Origin: Eubacteriales bacterium
GTDB taxonomy: Bacteria > Bacillota > Clostridia > Oscillospirales > CAG-272
Assembly: GCA_045632185.1 (NCBI GenBank)
Contig: JAZQWF010000056.1
Span: 28,168 to 92,167 of the forward strand
Direction of reading: 5' to 3'
DNA length: 64,000 nucleotides
How positions within the stretch are numbered: position 1 is the stretch's first letter; every line of letters starts with the position of its first letter. Positions 45,058 through 54,666 of the stretch are shown piece by piece. Under the pieces are notes generated by a model. It worked only from the letters and a program-made list of their open reading frames with translations, did not search any database and had not been told where the DNA came from. The position numbers and the translations under genes were made by a program.

Positions 45058-46461
45058 TCAATCAAACATAAATCTTTGCTTGATGGCGCTCAGAATGTTC
45101 GCAAGCAGGGTGGTGAAGATCACGGCGAAAAGCAAGGACGCGCAGAAATCAAAGGCCCAGAAGAATTCCAGCCAGCGCAGCCATTTGCTTGCGGGAAGCA
45201 CCTTCATATAATCGTACACAAAGGAGAAAAGCGCGGCGATCAAACCAAAGATAAAGGTGCGGATCAGTTCCCCGTCAAATTCCTCCAAAAACGCCTCGCG
45301 GCGGCGGGTTTCAAACGCAGAATTTTCGTTGATCGGGATATAACCACCCCATTTATCAACGATACGGCGCAAAAGAAGCAGCACCAGCACAAGCGCCCCT
45401 ATAAACACCAGCATTTCTACAAGTGCGCTGCCCCACATCAGATTGTAGGCGCGGTCGGCAAACTCGTTGTGCCCCACCTGCGCGTTGGCAAACTCCGCAT
45501 AAAAGGCGGAAGCAAAATGGGAGGAAAGCGTAGCGACGACGGCATAGGCAGCAGCCGCACAGGCAGCAATGATCCTTTGATTACGGGAAAGCGCATCGCT
45601 GAGCAACGCGCCCGCCAAAAGGCAGGCAGCCGCCAGCGCATCGGGAATGATGTTGTTAAAATCCAGATAGAAATCCGTCAGCAAAAACGCACCGACAGAC
45701 AAAAGCAAAAAGCAAAGGCGGTAACGGCGTGTTACGGCGTTGCCGGGATGCTTGGCGGCGATTGCCTGCTCTCTTTGCGCCAGTGTTGCGCGAAAATCGG
45801 TCTGCCCTTGCAGCAAACGGAAGTATTTTATGATTTTAACAAGATAAATAATGCCAAAAATCAGGATCACAAATGCCGCCATCAAGCGCATGATACCGAT
45901 GTATTCATACATGTTGATGTAATTGGGGCGCAATTCTCCGGAGGAGCCGGAAAGCGATGCAAACTCGGGAAGCACGCTCAAAATCTCGCGCAATACAAGG
46001 AAGAAAAGCGCATGGCGCATGATCTTTTCCGTCTTGCTTCTTTTGGTGCGGCCAAGCTCGGTGTAAAGCGGAGCGCACCCTTCCTTGACGGAAAGACCGT
46101 AAAAGCCGTCGAAAAGCGCACGGAATGCGGAAAATGCGAACCAAAGAAACAAAAGCGCGGCGGAAAAAGCGATCAGCAAAAGAGAGGTGGCCTTTTCATT
46201 GGCGGCAGAGGAACCCAGCACCACCAGCAGCAAAAGATCCTTGCCGGCGCAAACTGCCGCCAGCTTCAAGAATTTGCCGCGTGCCTCCTGCATAACGGAA
46301 CTGATGCGGGCTGCGCGGGAAAACCCAAAAAACACCAGCATGCAGCCGATAAAATCAGGGAAAAAGTCAAGTAAGGATATGGTAGGATTGAAAAAGAAGC
46401 AAAGCCCCGCCATTACCAGCAAAAAGCTCATACTTCTCTGCTTTTTTTGCCGTAACGTCAT
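45058..46461 (-). CDS. hypothetical polytopic membrane protein
   Basis: 467 aa with many TM helices. I preferred it over the antisense 518-aa ORF, which is K/R/G/Q-rich. Its start overlaps the upstream gene stop by 4 nt. Confidence 0.6.
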   Translation of the reverse strand: MTLRQKKQRSMSFLLVMAGLCFFFNPTISLLDFFPDFIGCMLVFFGFSRAARISSVMQEARGKFLKLAAVCAGKDLLLLVVLGSSAANEKATSLLLIAFSAALLFLWFAFSAFRALFDGFYGLSVKEGCAPLYTELGRTKRSKTEKIMRHALFFLVLREILSVLPEFASLSGSSGELRPNYINMYEYIGIMRLMAAFVILIFGIIYLVKIIKYFRLLQGQTDFRATLAQREQAIAAKHPGNAVTRRYRLCFLLLSVGAFLLTDFYLDFNNIIPDALAAACLLAGALLSDALSRNQRIIAACAAAAYAVVATLSSHFASAFYAEFANAQVGHNEFADRAYNLMWGSALVEMLVFIGALVLVLLLLRRIVDKWGGYIPINENSAFETRRREAFLEEFDGELIRTFIFGLIAALFSFVYDYMKVLPASKWLRWLEFFWAFDFCASLLFAVIFTTLLANILSAIKQRFMFD

Positions 46462-47069
46462 TTTTTATCCTCCTTCAAGGTGTCCTTCATTTTCTTGAAA
46501 TGCGCATCTGCCTTCAAATGCGAAAATTCCTCGCCCTGCGGGCAGACGTAGCGATAGCAAAGATAGATCAGATACATGTTCAAAAAGACGGTGATCAAAC
46601 GCAGCAGCACGGCAGGAAGCGCCAGATAGGACGCCGCCACGCCAAGAGGCAATCTTGCCGCAAGATCAAGCAGCTGTGCCGCCGCAAAAAAGATCAGTGC
46701 CCGAACCGCACCCGCCAGAAGACGCGCGTGTTCTAGCTCGCGGCAAAGCGAATAGACCGCAAACAGCCACAGTGCCGTGAAAAGCAGCGTAAAAACGAAA
46801 TAGATCCACTCTACCGCGGCAAATGCCGCGCCGACTGCCGGCATGGAAAATCCAAGCAATCCAAGGCCGTAGCACGCATAATACAGCGCAAACGGCAAGG
46901 AAAGAAGCGAGAAGAAGAAGGAAACGCGGAAATAGCGCTGATAGGGCGCCAGCTGCCAAAGGCCAAAGATCATCATGGGATAGCCCGCCAGCATCGCAAA
47001 GGACAGCGGCGAGTAGATCGACATTACGGAAACGAAGAAATATCCCACCAAAAACCAACCAAAGCCCAT
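46458..47069 (-). CDS. hypothetical polytopic membrane protein
   Basis: 203 aa with about 6 TM helices. It lies immediately downstream of secA and is translationally coupled to the 467-aa membrane protein. Confidence 0.55.
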   Translation of the reverse strand: MGFGWFLVGYFFVSVMSIYSPLSFAMLAGYPMMIFGLWQLAPYQRYFRVSFFFSLLSLPFALYYACYGLGLLGFSMPAVGAAFAAVEWIYFVFTLLFTALWLFAVYSLCRELEHARLLAGAVRALIFFAAAQLLDLAARLPLGVAASYLALPAVLLRLITVFLNMYLIYLCYRYVCPQGEEFSHLKADAHFKKMKDTLKEDKK

Positions 47070-47105
47070 TCTATTCCCCTCTCTTTCTCATAAAATCAGA
47101 AATTA

Positions 47106-49844
47106 TCAGTTATCGCTCTGCGTAGCGCCGCAGCACTTTTTGTATTTTTTTCCGCTGCCGCAGGGGCAAAGATCGTTGCGCCCCACGCGCTCGGCCTTTC
47201 GCACGATCACGGTCTTCTTCGCGATCGAGCCGTCGGTCAGGTTTTCTTTCAGCGGCTTTGCCACCTGCTCGCGCTTGATCGGCTGCGTGCGCGGCACCAC
47301 GGAAAGGATCATACGCACGGTTTCCGCGCGGATATCCGCCACCATTTCGTCAAACATATCAGAACCTTGCAGGCGGTATTCCACCACGGGATCGCGCTGT
47401 GCGTAGGATTGCAGGCCGATGCTTTCTTTCAAATCGTCCATCACGTCGATATGCTCCATCCAGTGACGGTCAACAGAGCGCAAAAGCACAGAGCGCTGTA
47501 CCTCTGCGTAAACCTCCTCGCCGAAAAGCTCCTTTTGTGCCTCGTAACGCTCATCTGCGCGCTCGTTGAGGTAGGATACAAGATCGCTTGGCTTCCACTT
47601 TTTGATCTTTTTCGCATCAAGCTCGCCTTTTTTCAAAAGGAAGCCCGCGTACTGCTCCTCCAAGCCCTCGATATTCCAGGTATCCGCCCCTTCGTTAGAG
47701 GTGAAGGTCGCAACTGTTTCCTCAAAGGAAAGGCGCATCATAGAGCGAATGGTTTCGCTGACGTCCTCGCCGTCCAGCACCTGGCGACGCTGTGCATAGA
47801 TCAAATTTCTCTGCTGGTTCATCACGTCATCGTAGGTAAGAACATATTTTCTGCGTTTGAAGTTGTTATCCTCAATACGCTTTTGCGCGTTCTGAATGGC
47901 GGAGGTCAGGATCCCTGCCCTGATCGGCTCGTCATCGGGAAGCCCCAAGCGGTCTACAAGACCGACAAGGCGCCCTGCGCCGAACAAACGGAGCAGATCG
48001 TCTTCCAGCGACAGGAAGAAGCGGGACTCGCCCGGATCGCCCTGACGTCCGGCGCGGCCGCGAAGCTGATTGTCGATACGGCGGCTTTCGTGACGCTCGG
48101 TACCAAGGATATAAAGACCGCCCGCCTCGCGCACCTTATCTGCCTCGGGAGCGATCTCCTTCTTAAAGCGCTCTACCAGCGTGCGGAAGGTTTCTCTGGC
48201 GGCACGGATCTCCTCGTCCTCAACGTCCACGGTACCCGTGGCATTATTGATCATTTCCTCGGTATAGCCGTTCTTGCGCATCTCGTTTTTGGCAAGAAAT
48301 TCGGGATTGCCGCCCAGCATAATATCGGTACCGCGTCCCGCCATGTTGGTGGAGATGGTCACGGCGCCGTATTTGCCCGCCTGTGCCACGATCTCGGCCT
48401 CGCGCTCGTGATGCTTGGCGTTCAGGACGTTGTGCGGAATACCGCGTTTTTTCAGCTTTGCGGAAAGCTCCTCGGACTTGTCTACGCTGACCGTACCCAC
48501 AAGCACGGGCTGCCCCTTCTTGTGACATTCCTCGATCTGCGCAATAATGGCATCGTATTTGCCCTTCGTGTTCTTGAACACGTAGTCGTTCTGATCCTTA
48601 CGGATCATCGGCTTATTGGTGGGCACCTCTACCACGTCAAGATTATAGATCTCGCGGAATTCCAGCTCCTCGGTAAGGGCGGTACCCGTCATACCGGAAA
48701 GCTTGCGGTACATACGGAAATAATTTTGGAAGGTGATGGAGGCAAGGGTGCGGTTTTCCTTCTGCACCTCAACGCCCTCCTTGGCCTCGATCGCCTGGTG
48801 CAGACCGTTGGAATAGCGGCGGCCGGGCATGATACGTCCGGTAAAGCTATCCACGATCATGACGCCGTTTTCGTTGACCACGTAATCCACGTCGCGCTGC
48901 ATTACGCCCCAGGCGTGAATGGCTTGCTTGACATGATGGGCGATCTCGGAATTGGCGGGATCGTTAAAGTTTTCCAGCCCGAAGAATTTTTCGGCTTTGG
49001 CGGCACCGCGGGGAGTGATCACACTGTTTCTTCCCTTTTCGTCCACCAGATAATCGGCCTCGATCTCGTCGGTTTCTTCCTTGTTGTCGATCTCCTTGCG
49101 CACAAGCTTGGTCATCGTACGCACCAGATTGTTCGCGCGCTCATAAAGATCGGTGGATTTCTGTCCCTGACCGGAAATGATCAAGGGAGTGCGCGCCTCG
49201 TCGATCAGGATCGAGTCCACCTCGTCCACGATGGCGAAAATATGCTCGCGCTGCACCATATCCTCTTTATACACGACCATGTTATCGCGCAGATAGTCAA
49301 ATCCGAACTCATTGTTCGTGCCATAGGTGATATCGGCGTTATATGCCGCCTTTTTCTCGGCGGGGTTAAGGCCGTGCACCACCACGCCGGTGGAAAGGCC
49401 CATAAAGGCATAAACGCGCCCCATTTCCTCGCTGTCGCGGCGGGCAAGATAATCGTTGACGGTAACAACGTGTACGCCACGTCCCGTCAGCGCGTTAAGA
49501 TAGGCAGGCATCGTAGCCATCAGGGTCTTACCCTCGCCCGTTTTCATCTCTGCAATGCGGCCTTGGTGCAAAAGGATACCGCCCAGCACCTGCACGTGGA
49601 ACGGACGCTTGCCAAGCACGCGGGCATCTGCCTCTCGCACGGCGGCGAAGGCATCACACAGAATATCCTCTAACGTTTCCCCTTGGGAAAGGCGCTTTTT
49701 GAGCGCAGGCGTTACAGCGGCCAGCTCCTCGTTGCTCATCTGCTCGTAGGTAGGCGCCAGCGCCTCAATGCGGTTGGCAAGGCGGCTGATCTTTTTGATC
49801 TGACGGCTACTGTAAGTGCCGAATATTTTTTTGAAAAGTCCCAT
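47106..49844 (-). CDS. secA: preprotein translocase ATPase SecA
   Basis: 912 aa counted from MGLFKKIFG (GGAGGG ribosome-binding site). It has the DEAD-like motor (MKTGEGKTL, DEVDSILIDEARTPLIISG) and a C-terminal zinc-binding tail (CPCGSGKKYKKCCG). Confidence 0.97.
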   Translation of the reverse strand: MGLFKKIFGTYSSRQIKKISRLANRIEALAPTYEQMSNEELAAVTPALKKRLSQGETLEDILCDAFAAVREADARVLGKRPFHVQVLGGILLHQGRIAEMKTGEGKTLMATMPAYLNALTGRGVHVVTVNDYLARRDSEEMGRVYAFMGLSTGVVVHGLNPAEKKAAYNADITYGTNNEFGFDYLRDNMVVYKEDMVQREHIFAIVDEVDSILIDEARTPLIISGQGQKSTDLYERANNLVRTMTKLVRKEIDNKEETDEIEADYLVDEKGRNSVITPRGAAKAEKFFGLENFNDPANSEIAHHVKQAIHAWGVMQRDVDYVVNENGVMIVDSFTGRIMPGRRYSNGLHQAIEAKEGVEVQKENRTLASITFQNYFRMYRKLSGMTGTALTEELEFREIYNLDVVEVPTNKPMIRKDQNDYVFKNTKGKYDAIIAQIEECHKKGQPVLVGTVSVDKSEELSAKLKKRGIPHNVLNAKHHEREAEIVAQAGKYGAVTISTNMAGRGTDIMLGGNPEFLAKNEMRKNGYTEEMINNATGTVDVEDEEIRAARETFRTLVERFKKEIAPEADKVREAGGLYILGTERHESRRIDNQLRGRAGRQGDPGESRFFLSLEDDLLRLFGAGRLVGLVDRLGLPDDEPIRAGILTSAIQNAQKRIEDNNFKRRKYVLTYDDVMNQQRNLIYAQRRQVLDGEDVSETIRSMMRLSFEETVATFTSNEGADTWNIEGLEEQYAGFLLKKGELDAKKIKKWKPSDLVSYLNERADERYEAQKELFGEEVYAEVQRSVLLRSVDRHWMEHIDVMDDLKESIGLQSYAQRDPVVEYRLQGSDMFDEMVADIRAETVRMILSVVPRTQPIKREQVAKPLKENLTDGSIAKKTVIVRKAERVGRNDLCPCGSGKKYKKCCGATQSDN

Positions 49845-49986
49845 AACAAGCCCTCCGATAAACAATAATACATATATTATACTACATATTACATTAAAAT
49901 TCTATATGTACGGCAAAAAATTTGCAAATAATTTTCCAAGCCCTTGCGCGGGAGCGAAAAATCGGCTATAATGATGCTAATATCAC

Positions 49987-50517
49987 GTGAAAGCGAGAAA
50001 AAACGTGTCAAAGATCAACATTGTACTTTTAGAGCCCGAGATCCCGCAAAATACGGGCAATATCGCACGCACCTGCGCCGCCACGGGCGCTTCTCTTCAT
50101 CTCATTCGTCCGATGGGCTTTGAGATCGATGACAAAAAGCTGAAACGCGCGGGGCTTGATTACTGGGATAAGCTGGATATCACCTATTATGACGGGCTGG
50201 CCGATTTCATGGCCCGCCACGAGGGCGCATGTATCTATTATTTCACCACCAAGGCCCCCCGCTGCTATACCGAGGTGACCTACCCCGACGAGGTCTTTAT
50301 TATGTTTGGCAAGGAGAGCGCAGGACTGCCCGAGGAGCTGCTGTTTGCCAACCGCTCGCACTGCGTACGCATTCCGATGCGGGAAACACTGCGCAGCTTG
50401 AACCTTTCCAATTCCGTGGCTATCGCGGTATACGAGATCCTGCGTCAGAGCGAGTTTGCCGATTTGCAGGAGGCGGGCACGCTTACCCGCTTTGATTGGA
50501 GCGACGCCCATGAATGA
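49987..50517 (+). CDS. trmL: tRNA (cytidine/uridine(34)-2'-O)-methyltransferase TrmL
   Basis: 176 aa from a GTG start; an alternative GTG lies 18 nt downstream. SpoU-TrmD fold motifs are present (LLEPEIPQNTGNIARTC, FGKESAGLP, LNLSNSVAIAVYE). Confidence 0.85.
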   Translation: MKARKNVSKINIVLLEPEIPQNTGNIARTCAATGASLHLIRPMGFEIDDKKLKRAGLDYWDKLDITYYDGLADFMARHEGACIYYFTTKAPRCYTEVTYPDEVFIMFGKESAGLPEELLFANRSHCVRIPMRETLRSLNLSNSVAIAVYEILRQSEFADLQEAGTLTRFDWSDAHE

Positions 50518-51541
50518 TAAGATCATGGTCGCAATGAGCGGTGGCGTGGACAGTGCCGTTTCCGCCGCACTTTGCGCAAAAAAATATACCGCCGCGGGCG
50601 TTACGATGCAGCACTTCACTGCTTGCGGTGAAAAGGACGCCGCAGATGCCGCCGCGCTTTGCGCGATGCTGGGTATTCCCCATTCCGTAGCGCATTTGGA
50701 AAAAGAGTTTGAAAAAGAGGTCATTCTCCCCTTCATCGCCGCCTACGAGGCGGGTGAAACGCCCAATCCTTGCGTGCTTTGCAACAAAAAGATCAAATTC
50801 GGCGCGTTGCTTGATTACGCGATCAAACGCGGCTTCGACCGCATCGCCACGGGACATTACGCCCGCATTGAGCATACCGACAGCCGCTCGCTTGTCCGTA
50901 TGGCAACAGATGCAAGCAAGGATCAGACCTATATGCTCTACTCCCTTTCGCAGGACGTGCTTTCCCGTGCGGAATTCCCGCTTGGCACGCTGACAAAGCC
51001 CGAGGTGCGCGAGCTTGCCACCTCGCTGGGCTTCCCGATGGCACAAAAGGGCGACAGTCAGGATATCTGCTTTATTCCGGACGGCGATTATGCCGCTTTT
51101 ATTGAAAGATTTACGGGAAAACGCCCCGAAAACGGTCAATTTCTCTCCACCGACGGTAAGGTGCTTGGCACGCACAAGGGCCAGCTGCACTACACCATCG
51201 GTCAGCGCAAGGGGCTTGGTATCGCACTTGGAGCGCCTGCCTACGTGGTGGCAAAATCCGCCGAGAATAACACCGTAACGCTTGGCACAAACGAGGATCT
51301 TTTCACCACCCGCTTGGTGGCCAAAAATATCAATTTTATCCCCGAGGATACCCTTGCCTCCCCGCGCAAGCTGCTTGCCAAGGTGCGTTACAGCCAGAAA
51401 GCCTCGCTTGCCCGCGTAGAGCAAACGGGTGCAGATGAGCTGACCGTAGAATTTGATACACCGCAGCGCGCCATTTCAAAGGGACAATCCCTTGTTCTTT
51501 ATGAAGACGATTACCTCTTTGGCGGCGGTATCATCTGTTAA
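50510..51541 (+). CDS. mnmA: tRNA 2-thiouridine(34) synthase MnmA
   Basis: 343 aa counted from MNDKIMVAMSGGVDSAV (PP-loop). The motifs CNKKIKFG and KDQTYMLY are present. Its start overlaps the trmL stop. Confidence 0.95.
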   Translation: MNDKIMVAMSGGVDSAVSAALCAKKYTAAGVTMQHFTACGEKDAADAAALCAMLGIPHSVAHLEKEFEKEVILPFIAAYEAGETPNPCVLCNKKIKFGALLDYAIKRGFDRIATGHYARIEHTDSRSLVRMATDASKDQTYMLYSLSQDVLSRAEFPLGTLTKPEVRELATSLGFPMAQKGDSQDICFIPDGDYAAFIERFTGKRPENGQFLSTDGKVLGTHKGQLHYTIGQRKGLGIALGAPAYVVAKSAENNTVTLGTNEDLFTTRLVAKNINFIPEDTLASPRKLLAKVRYSQKASLARVEQTGADELTVEFDTPQRAISKGQSLVLYEDDYLFGGGIIC

Positions 51542-51553
51542 AAGGAGTTTTTT

Positions 51554-52240
51554 ATGAAAATTCTGACGTTCAGTTATGATGATGGCACAAAACAGGATAT
51601 CCGCTTGGCGGAATTATTCCATCAATACGGTATGAAAGCCACCTTCAATCTCAATTCCGGCCTTTTCGGCCACGAAAAGGAGCTGATCCGCTGCGACGTC
51701 CCCGTGCGCTGGGATCAGGTACAGGCGGCAGACGTCAAGCATATCTACGCAGGACACGAGGTGGCGGCACACACGCTGACGCATCCTTTTCTCCCCAATC
51801 AAACGGATGAAGAGGTCATCCGCCAGGTAGAAAACGACCGCCTTGCGCTCTCCGAGCTTTGCGGCTATGAGGTCGTGGGCTTTGCTTACCCCGGCGGCGG
51901 CCAGAACCACGACGAGCGCGTGGTGGATCTGATCCGCAACAATACGGGCGTTCGCTATGCGCGCACCATTATCCCCTCCCTGAGCTTTGAAAATCAGGAG
52001 GATCTGATGACATTCAAACCCACCGTTCACCATTTCGCGGGCTGGGAGCAGCTTTTCGCACTTGGCGAGCAATTCCTTGCCCTCCCCGCCGACGCAGACG
52101 CGCTTTTCTACGTATGGGGACATTCCTTTGAGTTTGATATTTTCAACGACTGGGATCGCTTTGAGGAATTTTTGCAGATGATGGCGAACAAAAAGGATAT
52201 TCAATATCTGACCAACAAGGAGGCACTTTTACATGAATAA
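51554..52240 (+). CDS. polysaccharide deacetylase family protein (cytoplasmic type)
   Basis: 228 aa. NodB-like motifs are present (TFSYDDGTKQD, HEVAAHTLTHP, AYPGG). Confidence 0.8.
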   Translation: MKILTFSYDDGTKQDIRLAELFHQYGMKATFNLNSGLFGHEKELIRCDVPVRWDQVQAADVKHIYAGHEVAAHTLTHPFLPNQTDEEVIRQVENDRLALSELCGYEVVGFAYPGGGQNHDERVVDLIRNNTGVRYARTIIPSLSFENQEDLMTFKPTVHHFAGWEQLFALGEQFLALPADADALFYVWGHSFEFDIFNDWDRFEEFLQMMANKKDIQYLTNKEALLHE

Positions 52241-53147
52241 GCCCATTGAAAGAACGCGCGCAAACGGCAGTTCTATTGCCAAAACGCTTGCATACGACGT
52301 ATTTTGCGCGGTATTTGCAGGACTTGTCGTCGGTACAGCCTATCACTTCTTCCAGAACAGCAACGGCTTTGCACCGGGCGGCGTGGGCGGTCTTGCCACC
52401 ATTACGCACTATCTGGTACAAAGCGCCGTGCCGTGGTCGGTGCTGATGATCGCCTTCAATCTGCCCATCTTCGTGCTTGTCAGTGCCTTTATCAACAAAA
52501 AGCTGGGCCTGATGCTCAGCATTTACATGTGCGTGCAATCCTTCACCCCCGATCTGTGGGAGCTGTTCGGTATGCAGCCCTACTCGCTTGCCAACAGCGG
52601 CGAGGATTTCAACATCGTTTTTGCCTGTATCGCAACGGGTGTGATCTCCGGCTTCGGCTTTTCTTTGATGCTGCGCCGCTTCGGCGCCAGCGGCGGCACG
52701 TACGGCATTTCGGCGCTGCTCAAAAAAGCAAGGCCGGAAATGAACATTGCCTACGTATCCTTTATTCTGGACGCCTGCGTGGTTTTCGTGGCCTTTTTCG
52801 TATACGGCAATAAATTCACCCCCGCGCTTTGTACGCTGATGAACCTTTTTGTGGCCAATATCATCGTGGATCGCGGACTTGGCGGTATGAAAAACGGATA
52901 TAAATTTGAGATCATCACAGATCACCCCGACGAGATCGCCGCAGAGCTGATGCGTGAGCTAAAACACGGTGTGACCCAGATCCGCGTACGCGGTATGTAC
53001 TCGAATACCGACAAATATATGCTGATCTGCATCATCAACAAGCGTCAGATCGGCGAGATGATGAAGCTGTTGAAGCGCTATCCCAACACCTTCGCCAGCT
53101 TTGAAAAGGTCAACGAGGTATTTGGCAATTTCAAGCGAAAAGTATGA
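52233..53147 (+). CDS. YitT-family membrane protein (with C-terminal DUF2179)
   Basis: 304 aa. A polytopic N-terminal part is followed by a soluble C-terminal domain (GVTQIRVRGMYSNTDKYMLICIINKRQIGEMMKLLKRYPNTFASF). Confidence 0.8.
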   Translation: MNKPIERTRANGSSIAKTLAYDVFCAVFAGLVVGTAYHFFQNSNGFAPGGVGGLATITHYLVQSAVPWSVLMIAFNLPIFVLVSAFINKKLGLMLSIYMCVQSFTPDLWELFGMQPYSLANSGEDFNIVFACIATGVISGFGFSLMLRRFGASGGTYGISALLKKARPEMNIAYVSFILDACVVFVAFFVYGNKFTPALCTLMNLFVANIIVDRGLGGMKNGYKFEIITDHPDEIAAELMRELKHGVTQIRVRGMYSNTDKYMLICIINKRQIGEMMKLLKRYPNTFASFEKVNEVFGNFKRKV

Positions 53148-53169
53148 CCTTTTGAAAGCGAGATCTTCT

Positions 53170-53754
53170 ATGAAAACAAATATGAGTGGCTCGGCACTTT
53201 TCATGTATATCGTGATCTTCCTGTGTATTCTGCTTGCCGCAACCGGGCTTTGCGTGTATTACACGGGCGTGTGGACGCATGCAGCCGTACTGTGGACGGG
53301 TATTACCACCTTCACCATCCTCTACCATTTCGGCGGCAGGATCCTGCTTGGCAAGCTGACGCTTCACTTGCCGCTTAACCACCAGCACTTCTGGTTCCGC
53401 CAAAAGCGCTTTGAGCGAGAGCTTTATAAGCTGCTTCGCGTCAGAAAATGGAAGGAAAAGGTACTGACCTTTGATCCCGACGCCTTTGATCTTTCCAAGC
53501 ACACCTACGAAGAGCTGGTAAATACGATGACCAAGGCAGAAACAGATCATTGGATCAACGAGCTGCTTTCCCTTACCACCCTGCTTTTCGCCTTGCTTTG
53601 GGGGCATTTCTGGCTGTTTTTCGGCACCGCCGTGGCCGCCATGCTGTTTGATGCGCAATTTATTGTGGTACAGCGCTATAACCGCCCCGTTTTGTTGCGC
53701 GTGATCGCCGGGAAAAAGGCGCGCGAGGAAAAAAGAGCCGCACTCCACACCTGA
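53170..53754 (+). CDS. hypothetical membrane protein (possibly related to the CrtO-type acyltransferase family)
   Basis: 194 aa counted from MKTNMSG, with 4 TM helices. The central block YKLLRVRKWKEKVLTF...KAETDHW reminded me of the glycosyl-diaponeurosporenoate acyltransferase family, but the recall is weak. Confidence 0.45.
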   Translation: MKTNMSGSALFMYIVIFLCILLAATGLCVYYTGVWTHAAVLWTGITTFTILYHFGGRILLGKLTLHLPLNHQHFWFRQKRFERELYKLLRVRKWKEKVLTFDPDAFDLSKHTYEELVNTMTKAETDHWINELLSLTTLLFALLWGHFWLFFGTAVAAMLFDAQFIVVQRYNRPVLLRVIAGKKAREEKRAALHT

Positions 53755-53765
53755 AAGGAGCTACC

Positions 53766-54629
53766 ATGCAAAAGGATCTGTTTGGCAACACGCGCTATCG
53801 CGTGAATTTACATACGCACACCACGGTATCCGACGGTGCCGCCACGCCCGATGAGGCGATCGCGTGCTACCGCGACGCTGGCTACGATGCGCTGGCGTTG
53901 ACCGACCATTGGGCATTTGGTGAGAGCCGAATGGCAGAAAACGGGCTTTTGCTGCTTTCCGGCATAGAATACGATACCAAAACCATCACAAAAGACGGGC
54001 TTTTTCATATCGTCGGCATCGGTATGCAAAAAGATCCCTGCCTGCCGCGCGACGCCACCGTACAGGAAATGATCGATGGGATCAAGCGTGCAGGCGGCTT
54101 TGCGGTACTGGCTCACCCCGCCTGGTCACTCAATTCCCCCGAGCAGATCCTGCCGCTTCGTGGCGTAGATGCCACCGAAATCTATAACTCGGTATCCGGC
54201 GTACACATGTCCCGACGCCCGGACGCCTCTCTCATCGTGGATATGCTGGGCGCGCAAGGTCGCTTATACCCCTTACTTGCCTGTGATGATACGCATTATT
54301 ACGATAACGATGCCTTTGCCTCCTGGATCATGGTGCGTGCCGAGGCCTGCACGCAGGAAAAAATACTGGACGCACTTTATCGCGGAGACTTTTACGCCAC
54401 GCAGGGCCCGGAGGTACATCTGCACCGAGAGGGTGATGAATTCATCGTGACCTGCTCCCCTTGCAGGGAGATCGCGTTTCTTTCCGACCGCCCGTGGTCC
54501 AAGCGCATTTTCACGGGTGAGGGGCTGACGAAGGGCTATTATACCCTCATCGCAAATGAAAGCTTTATCCGCGTACAGATCACCGATGAAAACGGTAAAA
54601 TGGCGTGGACAAATCCCATCAGGATCTAA
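53766..54629 (+). CDS. PHP domain-containing phosphoesterase
   Basis: 287 aa. PHP motifs are present (VNLHTHTTVSDG, LALTDHW, LAHP, CDDTHY). Confidence 0.8.
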   Translation: MQKDLFGNTRYRVNLHTHTTVSDGAATPDEAIACYRDAGYDALALTDHWAFGESRMAENGLLLLSGIEYDTKTITKDGLFHIVGIGMQKDPCLPRDATVQEMIDGIKRAGGFAVLAHPAWSLNSPEQILPLRGVDATEIYNSVSGVHMSRRPDASLIVDMLGAQGRLYPLLACDDTHYYDNDAFASWIMVRAEACTQEKILDALYRGDFYATQGPEVHLHREGDEFIVTCSPCREIAFLSDRPWSKRIFTGEGLTKGYYTLIANESFIRVQITDENGKMAWTNPIRI

Positions 54630-54630
54630 C

Positions 54631-54666
54631 AAAAAAGAGGTGCAAACGCACCTCTTTTTTTGTTTT
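54631..54666. terminator. bidirectional terminator between the PHP gene and PBP1A
   Basis: Hairpin AGAGGTGC-AAAC-GCACCTCT, flanked by an A-run and a long T-run. Confidence 0.85.

Noticed and set aside
44818-46374. A 518-aa + strand ORF whose N-terminus looks like a TM helix.
   Set aside because: The hydrophobic N-terminus is the complement of the Q/N-rich micro-ORF. The remainder is a K/R/G/Q-rich mirror of the 467-aa membrane protein on the minus strand.
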